NCBI GenBank assembly: GCA_030390025.1
Contig: JASTWF010000354.1
Location: 248,001 to 312,000, forward strand
Direction of reading: 5' to 3'
Length of the DNA stretch: 64,000 bases
Source of the DNA: Squalus acanthias
Lineage: Eukaryota
The position numbers and the translations under genes were made by a program. Shown here piece after piece: positions 12,555-23,695 of the stretch; position 1 is the first letter of the stretch; each line of letters starts with the position of its first letter. Under the pieces are notes generated by a model, which made no database searches, was not told the origin of the DNA, and saw nothing but the letters and a program-made list of their open reading frames with translations.

Positions 12555-13068
12555 GTAAAGGGACATGTCAGGATTGTGATAGAATACTCCCCATTTGCCT
12601 GGATGAGTGCAGCTCCAACAACACTCAAGAAGCTCGACACCATCCAGGACAAAGCAGCCCGCTTGATTGGCCCCCCATCCACCGCCTTAAACATTCACTC
12701 CTCCACCACCAGCGTACCGTGGCTGCAATGTGTACCATCTACAAGATGCACAGCAGCATCTCGCCAAGGCTTCTTCAGCAGCACCTCCCAAACTCACGAC
12801 CTCCACCAACTAGAAGGACAAGGGAAGCAGGCGCATGGGAACACCACCACCTCCAAGTTCCCCTCCAAGTCACACACCATACTGACTTGGAAATATATTG
12901 TCTTTCCTTCATCGTCGCTGGGTCAAAATCCTGGAGGTCCCTACCTAACAGCACTGTGGGAGTACCTTCACCACACAGACTGCAGCAGTTCAAGGAGGCG
13001 GCTCACCACCACCTTCTCAAGGGCTATTAGGGATGGGCAATAAATGCTGGCCTTGCCAGCGACGCACA
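12555..13068 (+). mobile_element. LINE 3' end (partner of the SINE above)
   Basis: EYSPFAWMSAAPTTLKKLDTIQDKAARLI; SKSWRSLP; FKEAAHHHLLKG; tail GGGATGGGCAATAAATGCTGGCCTTGCCAGCGACGC. Confidence 0.85.
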
Positions 13069-13257
13069 CATAAGAACATAAGAAATAGGAGCAGGAATAG
13101 GCCACTTGGCCCCTCGAGCCTGCTCCGCCATTCAATGAGATCATGGCTGATCTTGGGCTCAAACCACTTCCCAGCCCACTCCCCATAACCCTTCACTCCC
13201 TTATCTTTCAAAAATTTGTCTATCTCCACTTTAAATGTATTTAATGACCCAGCCTCC

Positions 13258-15608
13258 TCAGCTCTCTGGGGCCGAGAATTCCACAAATTTATGACCCTCT
13301 GAGTAGAAGTTCCTCCTCATCTCAGTTCTAAAAGGGCGACCCTTTATTCTGAGATTGTGCCCCCAAGTTCTAGATTTCCACACGAGGGGAAACATCCTCT
13401 CTGCATCTACTCTGTCGAGCCTCCTCAGTATCTTATATGTTTCGATAAGATCACCTCTCATTCTTCTAAATTCCAATGAGTATTGGCCCAGCCTGCTCAA
13501 CCTTTCCTCATATGTCAAACCCATCATCTCTGGAACTTGCTTTCCCACCCAACTTTGTATCATCCGCAAACTTGGCTACATTACTCTCGATCCCTTCATC
13601 CAAGTCATTAATGTAGATTGTAAATAGTTGGGGCCTCAGCACCGATCCTTGTGGCACCCCACTAGTTACCGTTTGCCAACCAGAAAATGACCCATTTATC
13701 CCGACTCTCTGCTTTCTGTTAGTTAGCCAATTCTCTATCCATGCTAATATATTACCCCCAACTCCGTGAGCTCTTATCTTATGCAGTAACCTTTTATGTG
13801 GCACCTTATCGAATGCCTTCTGGAAATCCAAATACACCAAATCCACTGGCTCACCTTTGTCCACCCCGCTTGTTACATCCACAAAGAACTCCAGCAAATT
13901 TGTTAAACATGATTTCCCTTTCCTAAAACCATGCTGACTCTGTTTGACTACAGCATGTTTTTCTAAATGCCCTGCTACTGCTTCCTAAATGAAGGACTCC
14001 AGCATTTTCCCAACGACAGATGTTAGACTAACTGGTCTATAGTTTCCTGCTTTCTATCTCCCTCCTTTCTTAAATAGGGGTGTTACATTAACCGTTTTCC
14101 AATCCGCTGGGACCTCTCCAGAGTCCAGGGAATTTTGTTATATTGCAACCAATGCATCCACTATCTCTGCAGCCACTTCTTTTAAGACTCTGGGATGCAG
14201 GCCATCTGGTCCAGGGGACTTGTCATCTTTTAGTCCCATTATTTTACCGAGTACTATTTCCTTAGTGATCGTGATTGTCTTTAGTTCCCCACTCCCTGTG
14301 GCCCCTTGATTATCCATTATTGGGATGTTGTTCGTGTCTTCTACCGTGAAGACAGATACAAAATATTTGCTCAGAATCTCTGCCATTTCCCCGTTCCCCA
14401 TTATTAATTCCCCAGTCTCATCCTCTAAGGGAACAACGTTTACTTTTGCTACCCTCTTCCTTCTTATATACCTGTAGAAGCTCTTACTATCTGTTTTAAT
14501 GTTTCTTGCCTGCTTACACTCATAATTCATCTTCTCTCTCTTTATTATTTTTTTAGTCATCCTTTGCTGGTTTTTAAAAATTTCCCAATCCTCTGGTCTC
14601 CCACCAATCTTGGCAACATTGTATGCCTTCGTTTTCAATTTGATACCATCCTTTACTTCCTTAGTTAGCCACGGATGGTGCTCCCTTCTCTTAAAATCTT
14701 TCTTTCTCACTGGAATATATTTTTGTTGAGAGTTATGAAATATCTCCTTAAATGTCCGCCACTGCATTTCAACTTCCTTACCCTTTAATTTGTTTTTCCA
14801 GTCCACTTTAGCCAGTTCTGCCCTCATGCCATTATAATAGCCTTTGTTTAAGATCAGGACATTGGTTTGGGATACAACTTTCTCACCCTCCAACTGAATT
14901 TGAAATTCAACCAAGCTATGATCACTCTTTCCTAGAGGATCCTTTACTATGAGATCATTTATTAATTCTGTCTCATTACACAGTACCAGATCCAAGATAG
15001 CCTGCTCCCTGGTTAGTTCCATTACACACTGTTCCAGGAAAACATCCCGGATGCACTCGATGAAATCCTCCTCCAGGCTACCATGGCCAATTTGATTTGT
15101 CCAATTAATATGGAGATTAAAAATCACCCATGATTATTACCGTACCTTTTTTACAGGCCTCCATTATTTGTTGATTTATACTCTGTCCAACAGCATTGCT
15201 ACTGTTCGGGGGCTTGTAGACTACGCCCACCAGAGACTTTTTAACCTTATTATTTTTTATCTCCAACCAAACCGATTCTACATCTTGATCTTCTGAGCCA
15301 ATATCACTTCTCAACACTGCACTGATCCCATCTTGTCCCAACAAAGCCACCCCACCTCCCTTTCCTTTCTTCCTATCCTTCCGAATTATCATATACCCTG
15401 GAATATTCAGTTCCCAGCCCTGGTCGCCTTGCAACCACGTCTCTGTAATGGCGATCAGATCATACCCATTTGTATCTATTTGTGCCGTCAACTCATTTAT
15501 CTTGTTACGAATCCTGCGTGCATTCAGATATAGAGCTTGTAACTTTGTCTTTTTACCATTTTTCCTTGTTTTGGCCGTTTTTTCTGTTACACTCTTATTT
15601 TTAAACAT
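13258..15608 (-). pseudogene. CR1 ORF2 (APE endonuclease + reverse transcriptase), disrupted
   Basis: [34 protein letters not shown]; stops, frameshifts and a deletion. Confidence 0.9.
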
Positions 15609-15726
15609 TCTGTCCCTTCCTGTCTCATTCTGGTTATTATTTCCCCATCTCTAGCCTGCTCTATTGCTTTCTCATTTCTTATTGACTTTTTATTTTCCCG
15701 CTCACCTGGATCCTCCCCCCTACTAT

Positions 15727-16650
15727 TTAGTTTAAAGCCCTCTCTACAGCCCTAGTTATTCGATTTGCCAGGACTCTAGCCCCAGCATGGTTCAAGTGAA
15801 GCCCGTCCAAACGGAACAGCTCCCTCTTATCCCAGTACTGGTGCCAGTGCCCCACAAATCGAAACCCATTTCTCCCACACCAGTCTTTGAGCCACTCGTT
15901 CATTTCTCTGATCTTATTTACCCTATGCAAATTCACTCGTGGCTCAGGTAGTAATTTAGCCCTTAGCTGCTCATACTCTCTCAGCAGAACCTCTTTCTTT
16001 GTCCCACCTATGTCATTGGTACCTACGTGGACCATGACAACTGGATCCTCCCCCTCCCACTCCAAGTTTCTCTCCAGCCCAGAGGAGATGTCCTTAACCC
16101 TGGCACTGGGCAGGCAACACAGCCTTCGGGACTCACGCTTTCGGCTACAGAGAACAGTATCTATCCCCCTCACTATACTGTCCCCAATCACTACAACATT
16201 TCTTTTTGCTCCCCCCACTTGAATGGCTCCCTGTACCACGGTGCTGTGGTCAGTTTGCTCATCCTCCCTGCAGTCCCTGGCCTTGTCCACACAGGGAGCA
16301 AGAATCTCGTACCTGTTGGTCAAGGCCATGGGCTGAGGCTCCTCCACCACTTCCTCCTGGAACCCAATAACTGCCTCGCTTGTAGTCACACCCTCCTGTC
16401 CCTGACCAAGAGCCAAATTGGAAGTAATTATTCTAGTGGGTGTGACTGCCTTCTGGAACATAGTCCCCAGGTAGTGCTCCCCCTCCCTAATGTGTCGCAG
16501 TGTCTGAAGCTCGGACTCCAGCTCATCAACTCTGAGCCGAAGTTCCTCGAGCAGCCAACATTTGCTGCAGATGTGGTCGCCCTGGACCTCAATGGCGTCC
16601 ACCAGCTCCCACATGCAACAACAACAACACATTGCCTGGTCCCCCATCAC
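15727..16650 (-). CDS. CR1 ORF1 protein: Cys/His zinc finger, coiled coil, SGNH/GDSL esterase domain
   Basis: CxxCxMWE..HICSKC; VVVIGDSIVRG; HVGTNDI; DGLHL. Confidence 0.9.
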   Translation of the reverse strand: MMGDQAMCCCCCMWELVDAIEVQGDHICSKCWLLEELRLRVDELESELQTLRHIREGEHYLGTMFQKAVTPTRIITSNLALGQGQEGVTTSEAVIGFQEEVVEEPQPMALTNRYEILAPCVDKARDCREDEQTDHSTVVQGAIQVGGAKRNVVVIGDSIVRGIDTVLCSRKRESRRLCCLPSARVKDISSGLERNLEWEGEDPVVMVHVGTNDIGGTKKEVLLREYEQLRAKLLPEPRVNLHRVNKIREMNEWLKDWCGRNGFRFVGHWHQYWDKRELFRLDGLHLNHAGARVLANRITRAVERALN

Positions 16651-16939
16651 AATTAATTAATTAGGTTTTAAATTTGGAACACTTATATCTTTCAATCTAC
16701 GCCAAAGCATTTAAATTTAGACACTCAAGTTTGGAAAAAAGCGAGAAATAGAGAAATACTCACCAACCAATCACTTACCTGCTTTCTGGTGACGTCACAC
16801 TTCGATTACTTTTTACTTCTTTACATTCACTGGTCCTTTGTATCTCAGCGTCTCCCGGGTTTTGAACTCTCCCGGGTTTTGGCGCTCTCGCTCTGCTCCT
16901 GCTGCTTTTGAACTCTCCCGGCTTCCATGAATCATTAAA

Positions 16940-17285
16940 AAATAGGGTAGACTTAGAGAAGATGTTTCCAATGTGGGGGAGACCAAAAATAGGGGGCCAT
17001 ACATATAAGACAGTCACTAATCAATTCAACAGGGAATTCAGGAGAAACTACTTTACCCAGAGAGTGGTGAGAATGTGGAACTCGCTACCACAGGGAGTGG
17101 TTGAGGCGAATAGCGTAGATACATTTAAGGGGAAGCTGGATAAACACATGAGGGAGAAAGGATTAGAAGGTTATGGTGATAGGGTGAGATGAGGAAGGGT
17201 GGGAGGAGGCTGGTATGGACCATAAACACCGGCATGGACCAGTTGAGCCGAATGGCCAGTTTCTGTGCTGTGGACTATGTAACTC
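16940..17285 (+). mobile_element. CR1 LINE 3' fragment
   Basis: RRNYFTQRVVRMWNSLPQGVVEANSVDTFKGKLDKHM and CR1 tail. Confidence 0.88.
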
Positions 17286-17919
17286 GATATATTGGATACT
17301 TTGCCCCTGTTTTGGGCCTGAAAGCTGGGCGTGTGGCCATCGAGTGTCCGGGCCGTGAGGGGGAGGGACAGAGAAACGGGAATGAGGAAAGAGTCTGAGG
17401 CGGGAGGTTTCCCAGATTCACCTCATGCCGCCTGGAGACAAATTACATTCCAAGGCTGGAATCTGTCAGAGTGAATTATCCCGGCCTTGCTGCAGGTCCC
17501 AGTTTAAACAAAGATTTCACCAGCTGACTATTCCCAGATTCTGATTATTTCCCGCAAAGCACTGAAATCGCAATAAGAAAAAGAGACATTTCTGAGCAGC
17601 AAATAAGATCATTCTGTCATTAAACCATCACAAGCTGCCCTGGAGACAATCTTCAAACACTAGATTCAATGTAAGGATGTGAGCGGGAGTTAGTGTGACC
17701 CAGACTCCAGCACTTTCTCCCACACATTGCTGACAATTACTGGAGCAGGAATCTCACTGACTACTTGATGCATTTCTGGAGAAATGGGAATTGACGGATT
17801 CGATTGATCGATGGGAATGATCTATAAAAAAATGAAAGATTGAAAAGAAGAGAAAGAAAAAGGGAAAAATGAGGAGAGAAGGAGAAATAAAAGACAGAAA
17901 ATAAAACAGGAAAAAAAGG

Positions 17920-18090
17920 AAATAAAGTACTTTTGAAGTGTAATCACTGTTGTAATATCGGGAACGTGGCAGGCAATTTACACACAGCAAGATCCTACAA
18001 AGAGGAATGAAATAACTGATCATATAATCTATATTTCAATGTTTGTTGAAGGATAAATATTGGTCAGAGAGAGAACTCCACTACTCTTCA
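17920..18090 (-). mobile_element. Deu-domain SINE (SacSINE1-like), 3' part; continues at 20184
   Basis: AAGTACTTTTGAAGTGTAATCACTGTTGTAAT...CACAGCAAGATCCTACAAA, reverse of 30560-30680. Confidence 0.75.
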
Positions 18091-20183
18091 ACAAAATATG
18101 AAAGTAAATTAGCAAAAAATATAAAAACAGATAGTAAGAGTTTTTATAGTTATATAAAAAGAAAAAGGGTGGCTAAAGTAAATGTTGGTCCCTTAGAGGA
18201 TGAGACCGGGAAATTAATGGTGGGAAATATGGAGATGGCAAAAACACTGAATGAATATTTTGTATCAGTCTTTACAGTAGAGGACACTAAGAATATCCCA
18301 ACACTGGACAAACAGGGGGCTATAGGGGGAGAGGAGCTAAACACGATCAAAATCACTAAGGAAGTGGTACTCGGTAAAATAATGGGACTCAAGGCGGATA
18401 AATCACCTGGACCTGATGGCTTACATCCTAGAGTCTTGAAGGAAGTGGCGGTAGGGATTGTAGATGCATTGGTAATAATTTTTCAAAACTCCCTGGATTC
18501 CGCTAAGGTCCCGGCAGACTGGAAAACTGCTAATGTAACACCCTTATTTAAAAAGGGCAGTAGACAGAAGGCTGGTAACTATAGACCGGTTAGCCTAACA
18601 TCTGTGGTAGGTAAAATTTTGGAGTCCATTATTAAGGAAACAGTAACAGGACATTTGGATAATCATAATTTAATAGGACAAAGTCAGCATGGTTTTACGA
18701 AGGGGAAGTCATGTTTGACAAATTTGCTGGAGTTCTTTGAGGAAGTAACATATAGAGTGGATAAAGGGGAACCAGTGGACGTAGTGTATTTAGACTTCCA
18801 AAAGGCATTTGACAAGGTGCCACACAAAAGATTATTGCTTAAGGTAAAAATCACGGAATTGGGGGTAATATTCTGGCATGGATAGAGGATTGGCTATCTA
18901 ACAGAAAGCAAAGAGTTGGGATAAATGGTTCATTCTCAGACTGGCAATCAGTAACTAGTGGTGTTCCACAGGGGTCAGTGCTGGGTCCCCAACTCTTCAC
19001 AATCTATATTAACGATTTGGAGGAAGGGACCAAGTGTAACATATCAAAATTTGCAGATGATACAAAGATGGGAGGGAAAGTAGTGAGTGAGGAGGACATA
19101 AAAAACCTGCAAGGGGACATAGACAGGCTAAGTAAGTGGGCAGAGATTTGGCAGATGGAATACAACACTGGAAAGTGTGAGGTGATGCACTTTGGCAGGA
19201 AAATTCCTAGAGCAATTTATTATCTTAATGGCAAGAAACTGGAGAGTACTGAAGTGCAAAGGGATCTGGGGGTCCTGGTGCACGAAACTCAAAAGGTTAG
19301 TATGCAGGTGCAGCAAGTGATTAAGAAGGCAAATGGAATGTTGGCTTTCATTGCTAGGGGGATAGAATATAAAAATAGGGAGGTATTGCTTCAGTTGTAC
19401 AAGGTATTGGTGAGACCGCACCTGGAATACTGCATACAGTTTTGGTGTCCTTACTTAAGGAAAGACATCCTTGCTCTCGAGGCAGTGCAAAAAAGGTTCA
19501 CTCGGTTAATCCCGGGGATGAGGGGGTGGTCATATGAGGAGAGGTTGGGTAGATTGGGACTCTACTCATTGGAGTTCAGAAGAATGAGAGGCGATCTTAT
19601 TGAAACATATAAGATTGTGAAGGGGTTGGATCGGGTGGATGCGGGGAGGATGTTCCCGATGACGGGTGAGACGAGAACTAGGGGACATAGTCTTAGAATA
19701 AGGGGCTGCTCTTTCAAAACTGAGATGAGGAGGAACTACTTCACTCAGAGGGTGGTAGGTCCATGGAATATGCTGCCACAAAAAGCTGTAGAAGCTACAA
19801 CATTAATTAAATTTAAAACAGAAATAGACAGTTTCCTAGAAGTAAAGGGCATTAAGGGTTACGGGGAGCGGGCAGGAATTTGGACATGAGTCTAGGTTCA
19901 GATCGGTCATGGCCCTGTGGGTAGTGGAGCGGGCCCAGGGACTGTGTAGCCTGATTCTGCTCCTATTTCGTGTGTGCAATTCTGTTAGATGCAGGAGATG
20001 GTTCTGTGATAGATAGTAGATTGGCGGTTAGGATCAGATCAGCCATGATCTTATTGAATGGCGGAGCAGGCTCGAGGGGCCGATTGGCCGACTCCTGCTC
20101 CTATTTCTTATGTTCTTATGTTCTTATGTTCTTATGTTCTTATGTTCTTATGTTCTTATGTTCTTATGTTCTTATGTTCTTAT
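18091..20183 (+). mobile_element. young 5'-truncated CR1 LINE inserted in the Deu-SINE; RT with a single visible frameshift near 18845
   Basis: ORFs 18043-18885 and 18978-19889; long (TTCTTATG)n tail ~20105-20183. Confidence 0.95.
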
Positions 20184-20682
20184 GTGCCGTGGGATCTTTT
20201 GCATCCATCTGAGGGGGCAGTCAGCACCTCGGATAAACGTCTCATCGAAAAGATGGCACCTCTGACAGCGCAGCGCTCCCTCAGTACTGCCCTCCGACAG
20301 CGCAGCGCTCCCTCAGTACTGCCCCTCCGACAGTGCAGCGCTCCCTCAGTACTGCCCCTCCGACAGTGCAGTTCTCCCTCAGTACTGCCCCTCCCACAGT
20401 GCAGCGCTCCCTCAGTACTGCCCCTCCGACAGTGCAGCGCTCCCTCAGTACTGCCCCGCCGACAGTGCAGCATTCACTCAGTACTGCCCCTCTGACAGTG
20501 CAGTACTCCCTCAGTACTGCCCCTCCGACAGTGCAGTTCTCCCTCAGTACTGCCCCTGCGACAGTGCAGCACTCCCTCAGTACTGCCCCTCCGACAGTGC
20601 AGCACTCCCTCAGTACTGCCCCTCCGACAGTGCAGCACTCCCTCAGTACTGCCCCTCCGACAGTGCGGCGCTCCCTCAGTAC
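20184..20682 (-). repeat. remainder of Deu-SINE with 33-bp minisatellite expansion (~20262-20682)
   Basis: GTGCCGTGGGATCTTTT...AAAGATGGCACCTCTGACAG then unit CAGTACTGCCCCTCCGACAGTGCAGCRCTCCCT. Confidence 0.9.
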
Positions 20683-20724
20683 TTTGTAATACTTTGTAAC
20701 TTTGTATTAGCCTTGTGAGTAAAA

Positions 20725-20817
20725 TTGAACCCATGCAATAAAAGTGATACAAAATTGTCTAAGGGATTGATAACGGAGTTGTGGTGAATGGCTGTTTTTC
20801 AGACTGGAGGGAGGTGT
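20725..20817 (+). mobile_element. CR1 RT fragment, left part of the copy interrupted by the LTR element
   Basis: GTTGTGGTGAATGGCTGTTTTTCAGACTGGAGGGAGGTGT continues as GTGTACAATGCTGTCCTCCAGGG at 27455. Confidence 0.85.
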
Positions 20818-21906
20818 TGTCGGCTTCGCAAAATTCCCCAGAAACTCAAATGGAACGCTGAAGGGGGTGATTTTTTGAGGGCCTATTCCCCCAACACACA
20901 CAGCAGGTTACTCACCACTACTGGAGCCACACAACACAAGCAGGAGGAGGAGAGAAGCAGCAAGGCCACGAGGCAGACCCGGGGCGAGATCGGAGGCAGG
21001 GACAGACAAGGCCAGGCAAGGGCTAGAGCTAAGACCATGAGCTAGGAGCGAGTCGGCATCGCTCAGTACACGGTCCAGCACTAACAGCCACTAGCCAAGG
21101 TCACTGGAGGCTGGGAGCGAGTCGGCATCGCTCAACCCACAGTCCAGCCCCAGGAGGTACTGCCCCGACAGGCCTCCAATGCAACAAATGGACCACCAGA
21201 GCCACCAAGGGCTCCACAAGGTAGACCGCCACTCAAAAGTACCGTGGGGACCAAGGCCCCGCGCAATGACCAACCACCAGGCAACCACAACCTAAACCAG
21301 CCAACCAGGGGAAACCCGAAGAAACGCCAACCCTACAACTACTCCTGGCTTACCCCTGGGTAAGACTTGCATGCAAAGACTCTAAACCTACAGCTGGAAA
21401 CAAAGAAATCGGGTACTTACTTGATAAATCCACAACCGCGCCTTACCGCATCTGTGGACAAACCCAAACTGACCTGGAGTGCAGCTGAAGTCTTCCACCA
21501 CGTCCGGGGTACGGTAGGTCCCAACAATCAAAAACCCCAGTGAACCCCGAAATCGCGAAATACCTCAACTGTCAAGAATTGTCATTGGTGAGCATTATTC
21601 CTGATCCTTTGGAATTACACCTAGACAGTGGGATTGGGAGGGATAAGGGTTTTTGTATATTGCGATTCTTACTTGCCTGTACCGTGTGTTCCTCAACCTG
21701 TGTTTAAGCATTTAAGTGTGTTTTAAGTTTGTTACCTTTTTCTTTGAATAAAGTCAAAATTCTTTCATCAGATCCTGTTGTCCACTGCTTCTTTGTTCAC
21801 AACCCCTAAATAAGTCCAAGGTCTAGAACCAGGGCCGTGGGAGCGATTCGAACCGCTCACTGAGTCAGATGTGAACTGACCCTACCACACCACACCACCC
21901 CCAACA
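20818..21906 (+). repeat. 5' LTR (1089 bp; lacks ~700 bp of U3 present in the 3' LTR)
   Basis: TGTCGGCTTCGCAAAAT...CCACCCCCAACA; AATAAA 21747-21752; aligns to 25685-25743 + 26445-27454. Confidence 0.93.
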
Positions 21907-21909
21907 AAA

Positions 21910-21927
21910 TGGCGACCACGGCAGGAC
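21910..21927 (+). promoter_or_regulatory. tRNA primer binding site (Arg-like)
   Basis: TGGCGACCACGGCAGGAC 3 nt after the LTR; 15/18 match to the vertebrate tRNA-Arg PBS TGGCGACCACGAAGGGAC. Confidence 0.75.
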
Positions 21928-21980
21928 CTTGGCAAAAGGGTTGTGAAGCAGTAAACGCTGGTTTTGAGTTGAGAACTAAA

Positions 21981-23695
21981 ATGGAAGAGAGGATGTCATC
22001 CTATGTGTACAAAAAGGTTAATATAACCAAGAAATGGGTACTCAGGCTGTTGCATGCTGAATGTCCTATGGACGCTGCAGCTACATGGACTGAGAGCAAG
22101 GAATATAATAGAAACAGATGCAGCTTATGGGGAAGCTCATTCAGACTCTCGCAGAAGAGCTGAGGAAAGAAAGCCTACTGTCCCGTGCCAGAGCCATAGC
22201 AGGGGCGAGGTTGTTAGCAGAGCTAAACTCAAAAGATCAGGAAAAGTTGCAGATAATAGAGGAACACTGTGCCAGTAAGGGATACCTTCAGTGTCAGGCC
22301 ACCGAGGCCAAAAGTAGTGAACTGGCATTGAGGGAAGTAAACACCCGCCTTGCCAAGCAATTAAGGGAATTTAAAGAGAAGTTAAAAGACGTTCAGACAG
22401 CTTACAGAGTAGCCAGTACTAGGGGGTTTGAGGTAGGAGACCACGGCCCCTGTCAGAAGCAGATTGAGAGTCTGAACCTTGCTCTGTCTAAGGCAAAAGG
22501 CATGGTGTGCCTGATAAGCCCGGGTGCGGCCCAGTAAGGCCTGGAAGAGCAAGGGGAAACTGTTCGACCACCACCTGTGGCGCCAAGGAGAAACTTGGTT
22601 AGGCAGCAGGAGGGGCAGATAATCTGTGGGGCTGACAGGGAGTGCACACCAGCACCTGTGGCGCCGAGTTTTGACTCGGTCTGGCAGCAGGGAGAGGGGG
22701 GTGAACCGATGCAGGAAAGGTCGGAGCCGGGGCCAATTTGCCCAGCACGACAGCAAAAGTTTGGCCCGCCCGCCGGTGGTGGAGGTCAGGGACCCCTTGA
22801 AAGTCGATTCATGGCTCCCCACAGTACACAACAGCTTAGGGCTAAGGTAAGCCACCTGAGTAAACTTACACAAAAGGGGGACCCCTCAGTCCACTTCATG
22901 GAAGTGGAGCAGGCAGCAGGCATCAATGACTGTGATGATGCCAGAATGGCAAAAATGCTCCTGTTCTCACTAGATGGCAAACTATACCAGTCCCTCTCTG
23001 CCGAGAGCAAGAGAGGGCAGAATGGGTATGCTGCCGTCAGAGAGGAGGTTTTAGAGGCCATGGGGATGAATGAGGGAAGTCCCTTCGCCCGGGTGGAGAG
23101 GACAGTGCAGCTCGCAGGGGAGACCCCACAGGCTTTCGCAGACAGGCTGTGGCCTGTGTACAGGGGTGCTTGTAATGGGGATCTCGACCGAGCTAACCTG
23201 AACAGGGACGAGCTGGCCCACTGGCTCCGTAGCCTAGTGGCAAACAGCTTGCCACGAATCAAAACCAAGGCTGAGCTTTGGTTTGACCCGAAAGACCCCC
23301 GGGTCACCGAGGAGGCAGTGATCAGACAGTTGAACCTGGCCTACCGGAACGGTAGGGGGGCTGAAGAGCCCCCACCAAAAGGAAAGGTGCATGAAATAAA
23401 GCCCAGTCAGGATAAGGAGGAGTGGCACCAGGAAGGTGATAAACCTTCCAACACAAAGCGTAATTGCTTCGGGTGCGGGAAGAGTGGGCACTGGAGAAAG
23501 GACTGTAGGAATCCCTGGAAGGATAGACTAGCAAAGAAGTCCCCAACTCCTGCCCCAAAAGTAGAGGCATCGACCTCTTCCCCCACACTGGACACAATAG
23601 TAGCGGCCATCAGAGTCCTGTTTGGTGGCCCAGGGAAGGTGGCTACAGCCACTGGTGCTGTAATCCCATCTGCCGCCCCTAACGCAGACCGATGA
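21981..23695 (+). pseudogene. gag: gag: N-terminal coiled coil, capsid-like region, CCHC zinc knuckle; one frameshift (~22115) and one stop (22535-22537)
   Basis: ORFs 22118-22537 and 22577-23695 share a frame; QLAGETPQAFADRL (MHR-like); CFGCGKSGHWRKDC at 23465-23506. Confidence 0.88.

Larger units (their letters stand above)
13069..16927 (-). mobile_element. near full-length CR1 LINE, decayed, with an internal deletion in RT near 13535
   Basis: (CTTATGTT)n tail, ORF2 pieces 13258-15608, ORF1 15727-16650, 5' UTR region with CCAAT and TGACGTCA. Confidence 0.95.

Noticed and set aside
15727..16650. Host SGNH/GDSL esterase gene
   Set aside because: It is the known esterase-type ORF1 of a CR1 LINE, directly upstream of ORF2
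21981..23695. Domesticated gag gene (PNMA/Arc/PEG10-like)
   Set aside because: Lies within a provirus with LTRs and TSD and has a frameshift and a premature stop
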